Of a stretch of DNA of 64,000 bases, positions 46,864 to 56,413 are shown piece by piece. The DNA comes from an archaeon (GTDB lineage: Archaea > Nanobdellota > Nanobdellia > Pacearchaeales > GW2011-AR1): contig DAOVXQ010000001.1 of assembly GCA_030636025.1 (NCBI GenBank), positions 24,791-88,790 on the forward strand, read 5' to 3'. The notes under the pieces are model-generated. The model saw only the letters and a program-made list of their open reading frames with translations. It was not told the origin of the DNA and did no database searches. The position numbers and the translations under genes are program-made. The number at the start of each line of letters is the position of its first letter. Position 1 is the first letter of the stretch.

Positions 46864-47267
46864 TTTATTTTTTCTCCTAAATATTCTTTAAGGTGCATTT
46901 TGCTTCTAAAATTTCTCATCCTTATTTTTTTCCTTAATTCTTTATAATCTTTATTTTCTAATTTGCCCAAATTCTTCAAAACTTTAATATATCCTCTTAA
47001 TTTTCTCGTAATTTTAACATAAACCTGTTTTCTATTTCTAATTTTCTTTTTAATTTTCCCAGGACCTCGCCTTGTTTTTCTTCTAACAACCTTTTTCCTT
47101 CCTTTAACCGGCTTAATTCCTATAACTCCCTCGGCAAACAAGTCTTTAATATCTTGCTTTGTAATCGCTTCTTTTATTTCCGGAAGTTTTTTACTATCAA
47201 AAATAATTCTGTTTTTTCCAACTTTCAAAGTTTTTGATGCAAGGATTTTCTTTTTACTTAAGTTCAT
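46860..47267 (-). CDS. rpl19e: Ribosomal protein eL19
   Basis: LASKTLKVGKNRIIFD...RRKTRRGPG. Confidence 0.85.
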   Translation of the reverse strand: MNLSKKKILASKTLKVGKNRIIFDSKKLPEIKEAITKQDIKDLFAEGVIGIKPVKGRKKVVRRKTRRGPGKIKKKIRNRKQVYVKITRKLRGYIKVLKNLGKLENKDYKELRKKIRMRNFRSKMHLKEYLGEKIK

Positions 47268-47857
47268 TTGCCCCTCCCATAATTATTTGTTTTAATTTCT
47301 TTCTTAGTTTCTTTTTGTTTTTCTGTTTTAATTTTCGGTTTGTCCTTTTCAATTTCCTTAGATTTTTTCTCTTCACTTTTTTTCTTTTCTTCTTTCTCTT
47401 TTTTCTCCGCTTCTTTTTTAGCTTTTTTATCCTTATCTAATTTTGTTTTCTTCCTTTTTTCTGCAATCTCTTTCTTTTCCTTAGATTGAATTTCAAGTTT
47501 TCTCAAAAACTTTTTAGGATTTAAATTCATTAAAACAATTTTTTCTTTTTGAATATATTCTGCAATTTCTTTTCTTTTCTTATTTCCAATCTTAGCAACA
47601 ATTCCAATTTCATTTTTTTCTAAACTTTTTAATTCTTTTAAATTATGAATTAACACAGGTTTCAACCCATTAACTAATCCTCTTTCTTTTTTCGCACCCC
47701 TAAATCCGGCCGAAACATTTCTAATGTGCCCTTTCATTTTCAATCTGATTTTATTATCTCTTCCCTTTGCCTTCCTATATTTAACCTTATTTTTTCTTCT
47801 AACTCCTAACTTTGAATATTTTCTTACATCTGTTCTTTGAAATTTTTTTGTTCTCAT
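47264..47857 (-). CDS. rpl32e: Ribosomal protein eL32 with a ~70-aa Lys/Glu-rich C-terminal extension
   Basis: N-terminal eL32 core (FQRTDVRKYSKLG..WR...G) followed by a KEKK...EKKEKEEKKKSEEKK low-complexity tail. Confidence 0.8.
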   Translation of the reverse strand: MRTKKFQRTDVRKYSKLGVRRKNKVKYRKAKGRDNKIRLKMKGHIRNVSAGFRGAKKERGLVNGLKPVLIHNLKELKSLEKNEIGIVAKIGNKKRKEIAEYIQKEKIVLMNLNPKKFLRKLEIQSKEKKEIAEKRKKTKLDKDKKAKKEAEKKEKEEKKKSEEKKSKEIEKDKPKIKTEKQKETKKEIKTNNYGRGK

Positions 47858-48429
47858 AAAAACTTCCTCCCAGGTTTTTCAATAATATAAATTCCATCCT
47901 GAAAAATTCTTCTGTCTTTATTTTTCGGTTTTGCACCCTTTTCAATATTCGCCGCACACTGTCCAGTTTTCTCTCTGTCAATACCCTCGACTTCAATAAA
48001 TTCTTTATCTACCTTAACAGAAACTCCTGGAACAAGTTTTATCCTTCTATCTATCTTCTCACCTAAAAAATTATTAATCAACAATTCATTTTTAGCTTCA
48101 TCTATTTTAACAGTCATCGGAAAATGAACATTTGCAATTTGCAATTTATATTTAAATTTTTTATTCAAACCAGTAATCATATTCTGAATATGTGCTTTCA
48201 TTGTCCCAAACATTTTCTTTTCATTTTTCCTCGCATTTTTAACCCCTAAAATTATTTTATCTCCCTCAATTTTAGTATCAATAACCGAACTTAATTTCCT
48301 TCTAAGCTCATCACCACCTTTTTTTAAAATTATCTCTTTGCCTTCGATAACTCCCTGAATTCCTTCTGTGATTTCAATTTCTTGTTTTAAATCTTTTCTT
48401 TCCATTAAAATATATATGCAACTAAGCAT
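47854..48429 (-). CDS. rpl6: Ribosomal protein uL6
   Basis: Two-domain L6 pattern, in the canonical position. Confidence 0.85.
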   Translation of the reverse strand: MLSCIYILMERKDLKQEIEITEGIQGVIEGKEIILKKGGDELRRKLSSVIDTKIEGDKIILGVKNARKNEKKMFGTMKAHIQNMITGLNKKFKYKLQIANVHFPMTVKIDEAKNELLINNFLGEKIDRRIKLVPGVSVKVDKEFIEVEGIDREKTGQCAANIEKGAKPKNKDRRIFQDGIYIIEKPGRKFL

Positions 48430-48776
48430 CCTCCCTGATTATTTTCTTCAGCATCATTATGTTTCATTAGCCCTTTATTTGTCGAAACAATTACAAGCCC
48501 AAAATCTTTCGCAGGCAAAAATCTCCGAACATATTTATTAATATTTTTAACAGACACAGTATATCTTGGTTTAATCGCCATGATTTTATTTACCTTTTTA
48601 ATTTCAACCTTGAGTTTAGTCCCGTCAACACTATAATCCAAATAACCAGATTCCCTCGCTATATCTAAGATATTTCTCAATAACTTTGAATGTTTATTCA
48701 AAACCACAGATTCCTTTCTGGCTTTTTTCGCATTCATTATCTGATTCAATCCGTCTGCAACAATATCTTGACTCAT
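48405..48776 (-). CDS. rps8: Ribosomal protein uS8
   Basis: MSQDIVADGLNQIMNA matches the S8 N-terminus and ...GGCLVAYIF the C-terminus. The start is set at the internal Met. Confidence 0.85.
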   Translation of the reverse strand: MSQDIVADGLNQIMNAKKARKESVVLNKHSKLLRNILDIARESGYLDYSVDGTKLKVEIKKVNKIMAIKPRYTVSVKNINKYVRRFLPAKDFGLVIVSTNKGLMKHNDAEENNQGGCLVAYIF

Positions 48777-48777
48777 T

Positions 48778-49008
48778 TTAACTGTATTTTTTAAACCCAA
48801 TTTCCTCCGCAATTTCTCTGAAACAATGTCTGCATAAATTCAGCCCATATCTATTTATCATGGCACCAAATCTCCCGCATCTTTCACATTTCTTCTGAGT
48901 TATTCCAGTGGTTCTTTCCTTGGGTTTATTATGTTTAATAAATTTAGCTCTGACTGCTGGTTTTCTCGCAAATTGCTTCAACATTTTTCTCCAATCACTT
49001 GCAGTCAT
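48778..49008 (-). CDS. rps14: Ribosomal protein uS14 (zinc-binding type)
   Basis: C.RCGR...[12 protein letters not shown]. The true start may be the internal Met at 48984. Confidence 0.8.
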   Translation of the reverse strand: MTASDWRKMLKQFARKPAVRAKFIKHNKPKERTTGITQKKCERCGRFGAMINRYGLNLCRHCFREIAEEIGFKKYS

Positions 49009-49574
49009 TATATAACCTCCACTCCAAAATTTTGAGTTAAAAATTCAACAATCTTTTCCTTGTCAACCCTTTGTCTTTTAGGAAACTTTCCCTTTTTTAT
49101 TTTCTTAAAAACTACTCTTTTCCCTTTTTTCTTGAAAACAATAGTTATATCAAATCCCAACATTCCAATATCCCGATTATATTCCAGCCCTGGAATTTCG
49201 ATATATTCATGAATTCCAAACGAAAATTGATTTTCAACAATTTTCTTTTTCGAAATTTCATTGTCAATCGCCGCAAAAAATCTTTTCAATAAATCATTAA
49301 TCTGTTCTTTATTTCTTAATGTAACTTTGCATCCAGATTCTTTGTTAGGGCTAATCCCAAATGCAGGAATCCTCCTCGTAGATTTTGTTTTCAGAATTGT
49401 TTTTCCAGTTATCATTTTAAGCAACACAACAGATTTCTCAAGTTTATCTCCTGTTCCACCGCAATTCAAAACCATTTTTTCTATTTCAATTTCCTGCATC
49501 TTTGAATCTGCCTTTTTAATTTCCTGAGATTCTTCAATTTCCATTGTTTTATTTTCTGTTTCCATTTTATTCAA
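49008..49574 (-). CDS. rpl5: Ribosomal protein uL5
   Basis: [13 protein letters not shown]...GMLGFDI. The start is uncertain; an internal Met lies at 49499. Confidence 0.85.
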   Translation of the reverse strand: MNKMETENKTMEIEESQEIKKADSKMQEIEIEKMVLNCGGTGDKLEKSVVLLKMITGKTILKTKSTRRIPAFGISPNKESGCKVTLRNKEQINDLLKRFFAAIDNEISKKKIVENQFSFGIHEYIEIPGLEYNRDIGMLGFDITIVFKKKGKRVVFKKIKKGKFPKRQRVDKEKIVEFLTQNFGVEVI

Positions 49575-50217
49575 TTACAATTATATTTTTTATCCAGACA
49601 TTTATTTTATCTCCATCAAGAGAAATTTTAGCAAGATGTTTTCCACCCCTATCCATAATTTCCATAATTTTCCCGCTAACCCCAATGTGTTTTCCCTTCA
49701 CTACAAATGCATTTTTCCCTTTTTCCATTGGAATCACCTTCGCTATTTTATTATCCTTTAAATTTAAAATAATAGAATCTCCAGTTTTCACTTTTTCATC
49801 TGAAATAATATTTATCCCTCCACTCAAATTCAACTGAACTTTTTTCTTTGCCAAAATTTTCTTATCTAAAATCTTAAAAACTTTTATCTCAGCGTCTTTA
49901 TTTGAAATTTCCTCAAAACTCATTTTTTTATTTTCAGACAATTTCGCCCGGTAATTTTTAGAACCAATACAAATAACATCAAATAATCCAATAGGATAAT
50001 TTGTCTCTCTAATTTGCTTATGATTAATTAAAATTTGTTTTTCATTCAATAATCTTTGCAATTCTTTTTTATTTCTTACAGACTTCAAAATATCCCTAAC
50101 AACAACAACTAATGGAATCGACTCTGTTTTATTATGCGTCGCTACAGCTAAATATTTCGTTCCCTTTTTTGGTATTGCCCAAAATTTCTTAATGTTTTGT
50201 CTTTTCAAATATGTCAT
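49567..50217 (-). CDS. rps4e: Ribosomal protein eS4
   Basis: HLKR...P (MTYLKRQNIKKFWAIPKKG) and a KOW-containing core. Confidence 0.85.
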   Translation of the reverse strand: MTYLKRQNIKKFWAIPKKGTKYLAVATHNKTESIPLVVVVRDILKSVRNKKELQRLLNEKQILINHKQIRETNYPIGLFDVICIGSKNYRAKLSENKKMSFEEISNKDAEIKVFKILDKKILAKKKVQLNLSGGINIISDEKVKTGDSIILNLKDNKIAKVIPMEKGKNAFVVKGKHIGVSGKIMEIMDRGGKHLAKISLDGDKINVWIKNIIVIE

Positions 50218-50684
50218 TATTTTTTCTCCCCCGTTTTAATTTCTGTCTTCGGTAATTTCTTAAATACAATTTCTTTCTTAACCTCTTCAGTTTTATTTTT
50301 TCTATTTTTCATAATCGCACTCAATCTTTTTTTATCTTCTAAATTTAATTCCTGAATCAATAAATTCGACGGGTCAAACCAAACATTAACTTTTGAGCCA
50401 TCTTTTTTAAGTCTTTGGATTCCCTCAATAGCAACTTTCAATTTCGTATTATTAATCACATTAATTTTCCCAGTTTTACCCTTAAATTCCCCATTCATAA
50501 TCTTCACCTTATCATCTTTTTTCAACGGAAAACTTCTTCTCTCATATTTTTTCTTTAAATCTTCACTCAAATGTGCAGACATAAATTTACGTCTAATATG
50601 CAACGGAGCATTCGCTCTGTATTTTCTCTGTTTCCTTGGCTGTTTACTTGCCTTCCATTTAGTTGAAAATTTCTGTTTCATTTT
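50217..50684 (-). CDS. rpl24: Ribosomal protein uL24 with a C-terminal Lys-rich extension
   Basis: SKQPRKQRKYRANAPLH and KOW motif KKDDKVKIMNGEFKGKTGKI. The start is set at the internal Met. Confidence 0.8.
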   Translation of the reverse strand, partial: KMKQKFSTKWKASKQPRKQRKYRANAPLHIRRKFMSAHLSEDLKKKYERRSFPLKKDDKVKIMNGEFKGKTGKINVINNTKLKVAIEGIQRLKKDGSKVNVWFDPSNLLIQELNLEDKKRLSAIMKNRKNKTEEVKKEIVFKKLPKTEIKTGEKK

Positions 50685-51084
50685 ATACCACAAACTTGCA
50701 TATCTTGCTAAGAAATTGCCACCTGTCTGCAACTTCTCTTGATATTGGTCCTTTAATTTGAGTTCCCTTTGGATTTCCTTTAATATCTTTCAATAATACA
50801 ACTGCATTATCTGTGAACGCAACTCTTTCTCCAGTGTTTCTTCTAAAAGGTTTTCTTTGCCTTACAACAACTGCGTCAAAAACCTCTCCCTTCATTTTGT
50901 AATCACCTTTTCTAACTGAAACTTTTACCCAGTCCCCGATTTTCGCATATTGCTGTCTTCCTTTTTTTGTTTTCCCGTGTTTAACACTAACTATTTTAAC
51001 AATTCTTGCCCCACTATTGTCTGCAGCAAGAACTAAGCTTCCAATATTCAAACTTTTAGTTAGTTTAGCACATACGCCTTTCAT
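50683..51084 (-). CDS. rpl14: Ribosomal protein uL14
   Basis: LAADNSGAR...V...R. Confidence 0.9.
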   Translation of the reverse strand: MKGVCAKLTKSLNIGSLVLAADNSGARIVKIVSVKHGKTKKGRQQYAKIGDWVKVSVRKGDYKMKGEVFDAVVVRQRKPFRRNTGERVAFTDNAVVLLKDIKGNPKGTQIKGPISREVADRWQFLSKICKFVV

Positions 51085-51428
51085 TTTTCCCCTCCCCGAA
51101 TTTTCTTTATAACAATAAAATGAACTATCTTACTAATTGGTCTGCATTCTTTAATTTCAATATAATCTCCGATTTGAATTTCACTAAACATACATTCAGG
51201 CAATCGCGCGTGAAGTTTTGTTTTCCTTTTAGCATATCTTTCATATTTTTTAATATAAAGAGTTCGTTCAAATTCAATTGTAACTCTCTTCGGGAATTTT
51301 CTTATAACTTTTCCCTTGAAACTTCTGCCTCTAATACTAATCTGTCCATGAACCGGACAAAATTTATCAGCACAGCTAACTTTTTCTTTCATTTTCTTTG
51401 TCTGTTTTTTTATTTTTACTTCTACCAT
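51081..51428 (-). CDS. rps17: Ribosomal protein uS17
   Basis: CPVHGQISIRGR...GKV OB-fold pattern. Confidence 0.85.
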   Translation of the reverse strand: MVEVKIKKQTKKMKEKVSCADKFCPVHGQISIRGRSFKGKVIRKFPKRVTIEFERTLYIKKYERYAKRKTKLHARLPECMFSEIQIGDYIEIKECRPISKIVHFIVIKKIRGGEK

Positions 51429-51475
51429 GTTTATCTTTATCTAGGTCTGTCCTAGTTCTCCTCTATTTTTAACCT

Positions 51476-51769
51476 TTACTCAATTGCGTTTTCTGAAAAT
51501 CCAAGTTTTACCAAGGCCTGTTTAGCTGTTCTGGAATGATTTCCCTGCAGTTCAATAGTGTTCTCTTTCACTGTTCCACCGCAAGCCAGTTCCTGCTTTA
51601 AACCTTTTGCAAGAGTTTTCAAGTCTATCCCTTGAAAACCCTGGATTATTGTCATAATCTTACCGAACCTTTTCTTTTCAGTTGTTATCTGAATTCTTTG
51701 TTCAGTCCTCGCAATTTCCTCACAAACACAAGCTTGTAAAGGCAATCCGCACTTTGGGCATATATCCAT
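51476..51769 (-). CDS. Translation initiation factor aSUI1 (eIF1 homolog)
   Basis: CPKCGLP..CVC zinc ribbon, then KRFGKIMTIIQGF...ACGGTVK SUI1 domain. Confidence 0.85.
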   Translation of the reverse strand: MDICPKCGLPLQACVCEEIARTEQRIQITTEKKRFGKIMTIIQGFQGIDLKTLAKGLKQELACGGTVKENTIELQGNHSRTAKQALVKLGFSENAIE

Positions 51770-51771
51770 GT

Positions 51772-51972
51772 TTATTTGTCAATAGATTCCTTATTTAATC
51801 TATTGAATGTAAGCAACCTTGCAATCGTCTTTTTAATTTCATTTATTTTAACTTTCCCAGATTTATTCGCCGAAATCGTGCTCTTCACTAATTCCATTTT
51901 CAATTCTTTAAGTTTTTCTTTCCTTTCCTTTTCAGGCATTTTCGCTATTTCCTTTGATTTTAATATTGCCAT
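51772..51972 (-). CDS. rpl29: Ribosomal protein uL29
   Basis: 66-aa helical protein with EL..EL motifs, in the canonical position. Confidence 0.8.
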   Translation of the reverse strand: MAILKSKEIAKMPEKERKEKLKELKMELVKSTISANKSGKVKINEIKKTIARLLTFNRLNKESIDK

Positions 51973-52046
51973 ATTGATTTTGACTTAACTTTTCCGAGAA
52001 AAGTTATTTTTTTGTTCAAACTTGTTTTTCCAAAAAAGTTTGCCAT

Positions 52047-52724
52047 TTATTTTGATTTCTTTTTCTTAGATTTAATTTCCTTGGGTTTAATTTCTTCAAT
52101 TTCAGGTTCTACGTTTATTTTTTTCAACATTTCTTCATTAATATCAATTCTATCATAAATTTTTGCATCAGGGGCCATTATCGCAACTTTAACTCCAATA
52201 ATCCCTGTCTTAGTAAGTGCTGTTGCTTCTGCCCTATTAACTTCCTTTCTTGATTCTCCTGCCTTTTTTAAATAACCTTGTGCAAATCTCCAAAGTCTTG
52301 CCCTTTCGCTCGGCAGTTTTCCGCCTAACCGAATTTCACATCCAAGAGCCCCACTTTTAATAATTTCTTGCAATTTCCTATATGCGATTACTTTAAATTT
52401 CAAATTCCCCATTCTTTCCAATGCCATTGCAATTTCATCTGCAACTAATTGTGCATCAAATATCGGGTTTCCAATTTCCTGAATTTCAATATGAGGATTC
52501 TCTAATTTAAACCTTCTTGTCAAAATCCTTGTCAACTCTTCTATTTTTTCCCCTCTCCGCCCAATAACTAACCCTGGCTTGCTCGTATGAACAATTATTT
52601 TTTCCCCAACCGGCGTATATTCAATATCTAACTTACTAATTTTGCCCTTGCCTAAATTTCTCCGAATATATTCTTTAATTCCGAATTCTTCTTTCTTAAG
52701 TTGTATAAATTTTCTTTGTTCCAT
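52047..52724 (-). CDS. rps3: Ribosomal protein uS3
   Basis: KH domain (VIGRRGEKIEEL) followed by the S3 C-terminal domain. Confidence 0.9.
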   Translation of the reverse strand: MEQRKFIQLKKEEFGIKEYIRRNLGKGKISKLDIEYTPVGEKIIVHTSKPGLVIGRRGEKIEELTRILTRRFKLENPHIEIQEIGNPIFDAQLVADEIAMALERMGNLKFKVIAYRKLQEIIKSGALGCEIRLGGKLPSERARLWRFAQGYLKKAGESRKEVNRAEATALTKTGIIGVKVAIMAPDAKIYDRIDINEEMLKKINVEPEIEEIKPKEIKSKKKKSK

Positions 52725-52727
52725 TTT

Positions 52728-53294
52728 TTATTTTCTCTTCGCCCTCGCCTTTTTCTTAACAGACAAAATTAATTTAATTATAACATTTGTTCTTTTGAAT
52801 CTCCCCTTTCCAAATCTCCGATAAGGTCGCGCAGCAACATCTGCCTTGCAATACAAAACATATTTTTCCAACTCCAGTTCATTGACAATCGCATTTGCTT
52901 TCAAACTTTTAAGTAATTTAATAAATTCAGTCACTGCTTTAATCGGATATCTCCCGCTCATTATTTTTCCTTTTCTGTGAGGCAATTCTCCCTTCATCGG
53001 AACTGCTTTTTTGTAAGTCAAAATTTCAGAAAGCATATCAATTGCCTTCTCAATATTTTTCCTTCTAATATAATCACAAATCGCAATAGAGTGTTTTGTC
53101 GAAATTTTCAAATCCTTCCCGCAAACAATCGCCTCTGTCTTCGATAATTTCTTTTCTTCAGTTTTTTTAGCAACTTCTTTTTTCTCAGATTTAATTTTCT
53201 CAACAGGCTTAACTATCTCTTTAGTAACTTTCTCAACAGGTTTAACTATCTCTGCTTTCTTTGTTTCATTTATTGTTTTATTTTCTGTTTCCAT
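52728..53294 (-). CDS. rpl22: Ribosomal protein uL22 with an N-terminal repeat-containing extension
   Basis: The L22 core is KHSIAICDYIRRKNIEKAI.... The N-terminal ~60 aa contain the direct repeat VKPVEKVTKEI / VKPVEKIKSEK. Confidence 0.85.
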   Translation of the reverse strand: METENKTINETKKAEIVKPVEKVTKEIVKPVEKIKSEKKEVAKKTEEKKLSKTEAIVCGKDLKISTKHSIAICDYIRRKNIEKAIDMLSEILTYKKAVPMKGELPHRKGKIMSGRYPIKAVTEFIKLLKSLKANAIVNELELEKYVLYCKADVAARPYRRFGKGRFKRTNVIIKLILSVKKKARAKRK

Positions 53295-53295
53295 T

Positions 53296-53709
53296 TTATT
53301 TTACAGACCTCGAAGCACTTGACCTTGTTGCACCAATTCCTGCAGCCCCGTGCTTAACTTTATTTCTGGTAATTGCAAGTTCGCCTAATCTATGCCCCAA
53401 CATTTCCCCGACAATTTCAATAGGAACAAATTCCTTTCCATTATGAATGCCAATTGTCAATCCAACCATTTGCGGGACAATTATAAGATATCTCGAATGA
53501 GTTTTAATCCTTTTATTTTCATTTATTTTTTTATTGCATCTTAAAACAAATTTTTGTATCTCGTCAGACTGCCTAAAAATAGTCCGCCTTTCATTTGCCT
53601 TTAATAATTTTGAAAATTCCCTTAAATCCATTTCTTTTAATTCTTCAATAGTTTTCCCCCTATATGTGAATGTTTTTCTTTCAAGTTTGTTTATTTTTTG
53701 TTCTGCCAT
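53296..53709 (-). CDS. rps19: Ribosomal protein uS19
   Basis: ...[25 protein letters not shown]...HG. The start is set at MAEQK; the track extends it to 53880, overlapping uL2. Confidence 0.85.
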   Translation of the reverse strand: MAEQKINKLERKTFTYRGKTIEELKEMDLREFSKLLKANERRTIFRQSDEIQKFVLRCNKKINENKRIKTHSRYLIIVPQMVGLTIGIHNGKEFVPIEIVGEMLGHRLGELAITRNKVKHGAAGIGATRSSASRSVK

Positions 53710-53710
53710 A

Positions 53711-54406
53711 TTATTTCTTTCCAGTTCTACTAGGTCTAATATGCCCAACCTTTTTTCCAGGAGGAGCATTTCTCTTAGCGATTTTACTTTTAATTCTTTT
53801 TCCCCGCCCCCCACCAAACGGATGGTCAACAGCATTAACCTTAACAGGCGAAGTCCGATGCCATTTTCTTCCTTTTGCAAGCATCATATAGTGTTTTTTA
53901 CCTGCTTTAATAAGGGGTTTCATTAATCTCCCTTCCCCAGCAACAATTCCAATAGTCGCCCTGCAATTTTGATTTAATTTTATTTTTCGTTTATTTTTAA
54001 TTGCAATTTCAATTCTTTTCAAATCTTTCCCACTAATCACTGCAGAACTCCCAGCAGTCCTCATATACAACGGCCCTTTCCCAGGAACATTTTCAATGCA
54101 ACTTACCCGGGTCCCAATTGGAATATCTTTCAATTTTAAAATATTACCATCCTTTACAGCTCCTTTAATTTCTATTTCTTGCCCCTCATAAATTCCACTA
54201 ATTGCAGGACTATAAAAACTCTCCTTATCAATTAAAATTTTCACAAGCGGAGCAGAATGTCCGGCAGAATTAAACAACTTAACAATTTTCGCCTTTCCTT
54301 CTGCCCGCAATTTAGGATAGCTCACTTTATATCTGTAAGCTCGTTTTCTAATCTTAAATGCAGGTCCGCCCTTTCCCCGTGCCTGTTGTGTTATTCTTTT
54401 TCCCAT
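53711..54406 (-). CDS. rpl2: Ribosomal protein uL2
   Basis: ...HPFGGGRGK... in the conserved C-terminal domain. Confidence 0.9.
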   Translation of the reverse strand: MGKRITQQARGKGGPAFKIRKRAYRYKVSYPKLRAEGKAKIVKLFNSAGHSAPLVKILIDKESFYSPAISGIYEGQEIEIKGAVKDGNILKLKDIPIGTRVSCIENVPGKGPLYMRTAGSSAVISGKDLKRIEIAIKNKRKIKLNQNCRATIGIVAGEGRLMKPLIKAGKKHYMMLAKGRKWHRTSPVKVNAVDHPFGGGRGKRIKSKIAKRNAPPGKKVGHIRPSRTGKK

Positions 54407-54407
54407 T

Positions 54408-54878
54408 TTATAATTTTGCCCCCATTAACGCTTGATTAAATTCATTATATTTTTTTAAATTAAAATATTCCTTATCTTCTTTATTCTGAGTAATAAGCCT
54501 TACCCCGGGGTTAAACAACCCATCCTGAGTTTTATTTTGATTTTTAACTAACATTTTTCCAATTTCTTCATCACTGTATCCTTCATCTTTTAGTGAATAA
54601 AATTGAGCATCACTGATCTGTATCATTGCGTTAAATGGATCTATGTTGAAATGTCCGCCCTCAACAATTAAATTGTCTTTATGTTCGAAAATTACACCAA
54701 CATATCCTTCCCTACCTGTTTCCTTAAATCTACTAAGAAAGAATAATTCTCCTTCTTTTAATCCCTGATAACCATAACATAGACATTCTTCATTCCAAAC
54801 TCCAAATCTAACAACATCTCCTGCTACAATTCTTGTTAAATCTTCTTTACTTAATAATTTTTTAATTTCAGTTACCAT
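54408..54878 (-). CDS. Hypothetical 156-aa protein inserted between uL23 and uL2
   Basis: Tightly packed ORF between two universally adjacent ribosomal-protein genes. No family recognised. Confidence 0.35.
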   Translation of the reverse strand: MVTEIKKLLSKEDLTRIVAGDVVRFGVWNEECLCYGYQGLKEGELFFLSRFKETGREGYVGVIFEHKDNLIVEGGHFNIDPFNAMIQISDAQFYSLKDEGYSDEEIGKMLVKNQNKTQDGLFNPGVRLITQNKEDKEYFNLKKYNEFNQALMGAKL

Positions 54879-55126
54879 TAAATCATCCCCAGTTTCGTCG
54901 CAATATCAATCGCAGGATTACTTTTATTTAATTTAACATAAGCAAATTTTTTATTATCTCTTATTAATGTATTAATAGAATCAATTTTCACCTTAAACAT
55001 TTTTTCAATTTCTTCTTTAATTTTAGTTTTAGAACTTTGTCTATCTGTTTCAACCACCAAAGTATTTTCTATTTCAAGCAATCTTACTGCTTTTTCACTT
55101 GATATTACTTTCATTTTTGCCCCCAA
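54878..55126 (-). CDS. rpl23: Ribosomal protein uL23
   Basis: ...KFAYVKL....A......G.. Confidence 0.85.
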   Translation of the reverse strand: MGAKMKVISSEKAVRLLEIENTLVVETDRQSSKTKIKEEIEKMFKVKIDSINTLIRDNKKFAYVKLNKSNPAIDIATKLGMI

Positions 55127-55925
55127 AAATTAAATTTAAATCTTTAATCGCATCCTCGCTGAAAATTGTCAATCTCGCGCCATTATCTGCCAAATCACAA
55201 ACCTGCAATTCATTAACTTTCAAAACATCAATCCCTAAAATTTTCTTATCCTCACTTTTCCCAATTACAAACAACAATCCTGCATTTTGCTTATTTTTTC
55301 TCCCCCTTAATTTGCCAATTCCTGCCCTCTTTGTTTTTTTCTGAATTGCAACACAATACAAATCCCCAAGAATTTTCTTTAAAGAAATTAAAAATTCCCT
55401 TGTCTTCAATTTCAAAAATTTATTTTCAACAATAATTGGCAACTTGGTTTCAATTTTCTTGTCATTTAATGAAGCATATTTTTTCTTTAATTCATCAACA
55501 GAATTTGTATAAGCTAATGCAGACAATAAAGCTTTTTTTAATTCTTTTTTATTTATTTTTTTTAATTTTCCCAGTCCTTTTGGGGGATGTGCTCTTCTAC
55601 CGCCGACAGTTGACGGAATAATCGCACCAACCCATGAAAACTGAGTTCCTCTCCTCCACATCGTTTTTTTCGGAACCCTTGCCATTCCTTTTCCTATTCG
55701 CGTCTTCCAAACCCCTTTCGCATTTCGAACACTGCCCGACGCAGACCTATCCATTCCCGCCCGATATTTCGGCGCATAAGGAGATTTCATCTTCTCAGAT
55801 TCGATAACCTTAAAAATAATATCTTCCCTGATTGGTTCTTCAAATAAGTTTGTAGTTATTTCTTTTACTTTCTTGCCGTTTGTGTCCAATATTTGTGCCT
55901 TTGTCATTTTATAATTTTCCTGCAA
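55095..55925 (-). CDS. rpl4: Ribosomal protein uL4
   Basis: ...RAGMDRSASGSVRNAKGVWKTRIGKGMARVPKKT... is the L4/L1e family pattern. Confidence 0.85.
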   Translation of the reverse strand: MQENYKMTKAQILDTNGKKVKEITTNLFEEPIREDIIFKVIESEKMKSPYAPKYRAGMDRSASGSVRNAKGVWKTRIGKGMARVPKKTMWRRGTQFSWVGAIIPSTVGGRRAHPPKGLGKLKKINKKELKKALLSALAYTNSVDELKKKYASLNDKKIETKLPIIVENKFLKLKTREFLISLKKILGDLYCVAIQKKTKRAGIGKLRGRKNKQNAGLLFVIGKSEDKKILGIDVLKVNELQVCDLADNGARLTIFSEDAIKDLNLIFGGKNESNIK

Positions 55926-56412
55926 TTTTTGATTCTAAATATTCTCTTTTATCTGATTCTGTTCTTGAAGATTTTAAAAATGCCTTCCATGCTTTCATTT
56001 CATGGTTAACTATTCCTAATTCCCAAATACAAAAGCAACCTTCTTTATTTATATCTAAATCAAAATAATCTATTGGAGTGTAATTGCGATTATCCATTTC
56101 ATCAGAATTATTAAATCCATATCCATAAATTTGATTTTTGAGAACTATCGGATACTTTGTATCCCATCTGGCTACATTTAATATATCTTTTGATAAAATC
56201 GCAAACCCCATTCCTGTCAAGGGATTTATCTTCTTTTCTAAAATTTCTTTTTTTAAAAAAGTTTTAGTCTCCTCAATGGGGTTGGGTTTTGTTTGTTCTG
56301 TAAACAGATCATATAGCTTAAGAACTAATGAAGGAGAGGTAATCAACCCCGCAGGCATTACCTTTTTTGGTTCATGTTCATAAGCTAAATTTCCTATATT
56401 ATTTAAATCCAT
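55909..56412 (-). CDS. Hypothetical 167-aa protein inserted between uL3 and uL4
   Basis: Tightly packed ORF; its stop overlaps the uL4 start region. No family recognised. Confidence 0.35.
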   Translation of the reverse strand: MDLNNIGNLAYEHEPKKVMPAGLITSPSLVLKLYDLFTEQTKPNPIEETKTFLKKEILEKKINPLTGMGFAILSKDILNVARWDTKYPIVLKNQIYGYGFNNSDEMDNRNYTPIDYFDLDINKEGCFCIWELGIVNHEMKAWKAFLKSSRTESDKREYLESKIAGKL

Positions 56413-56413
56413 T

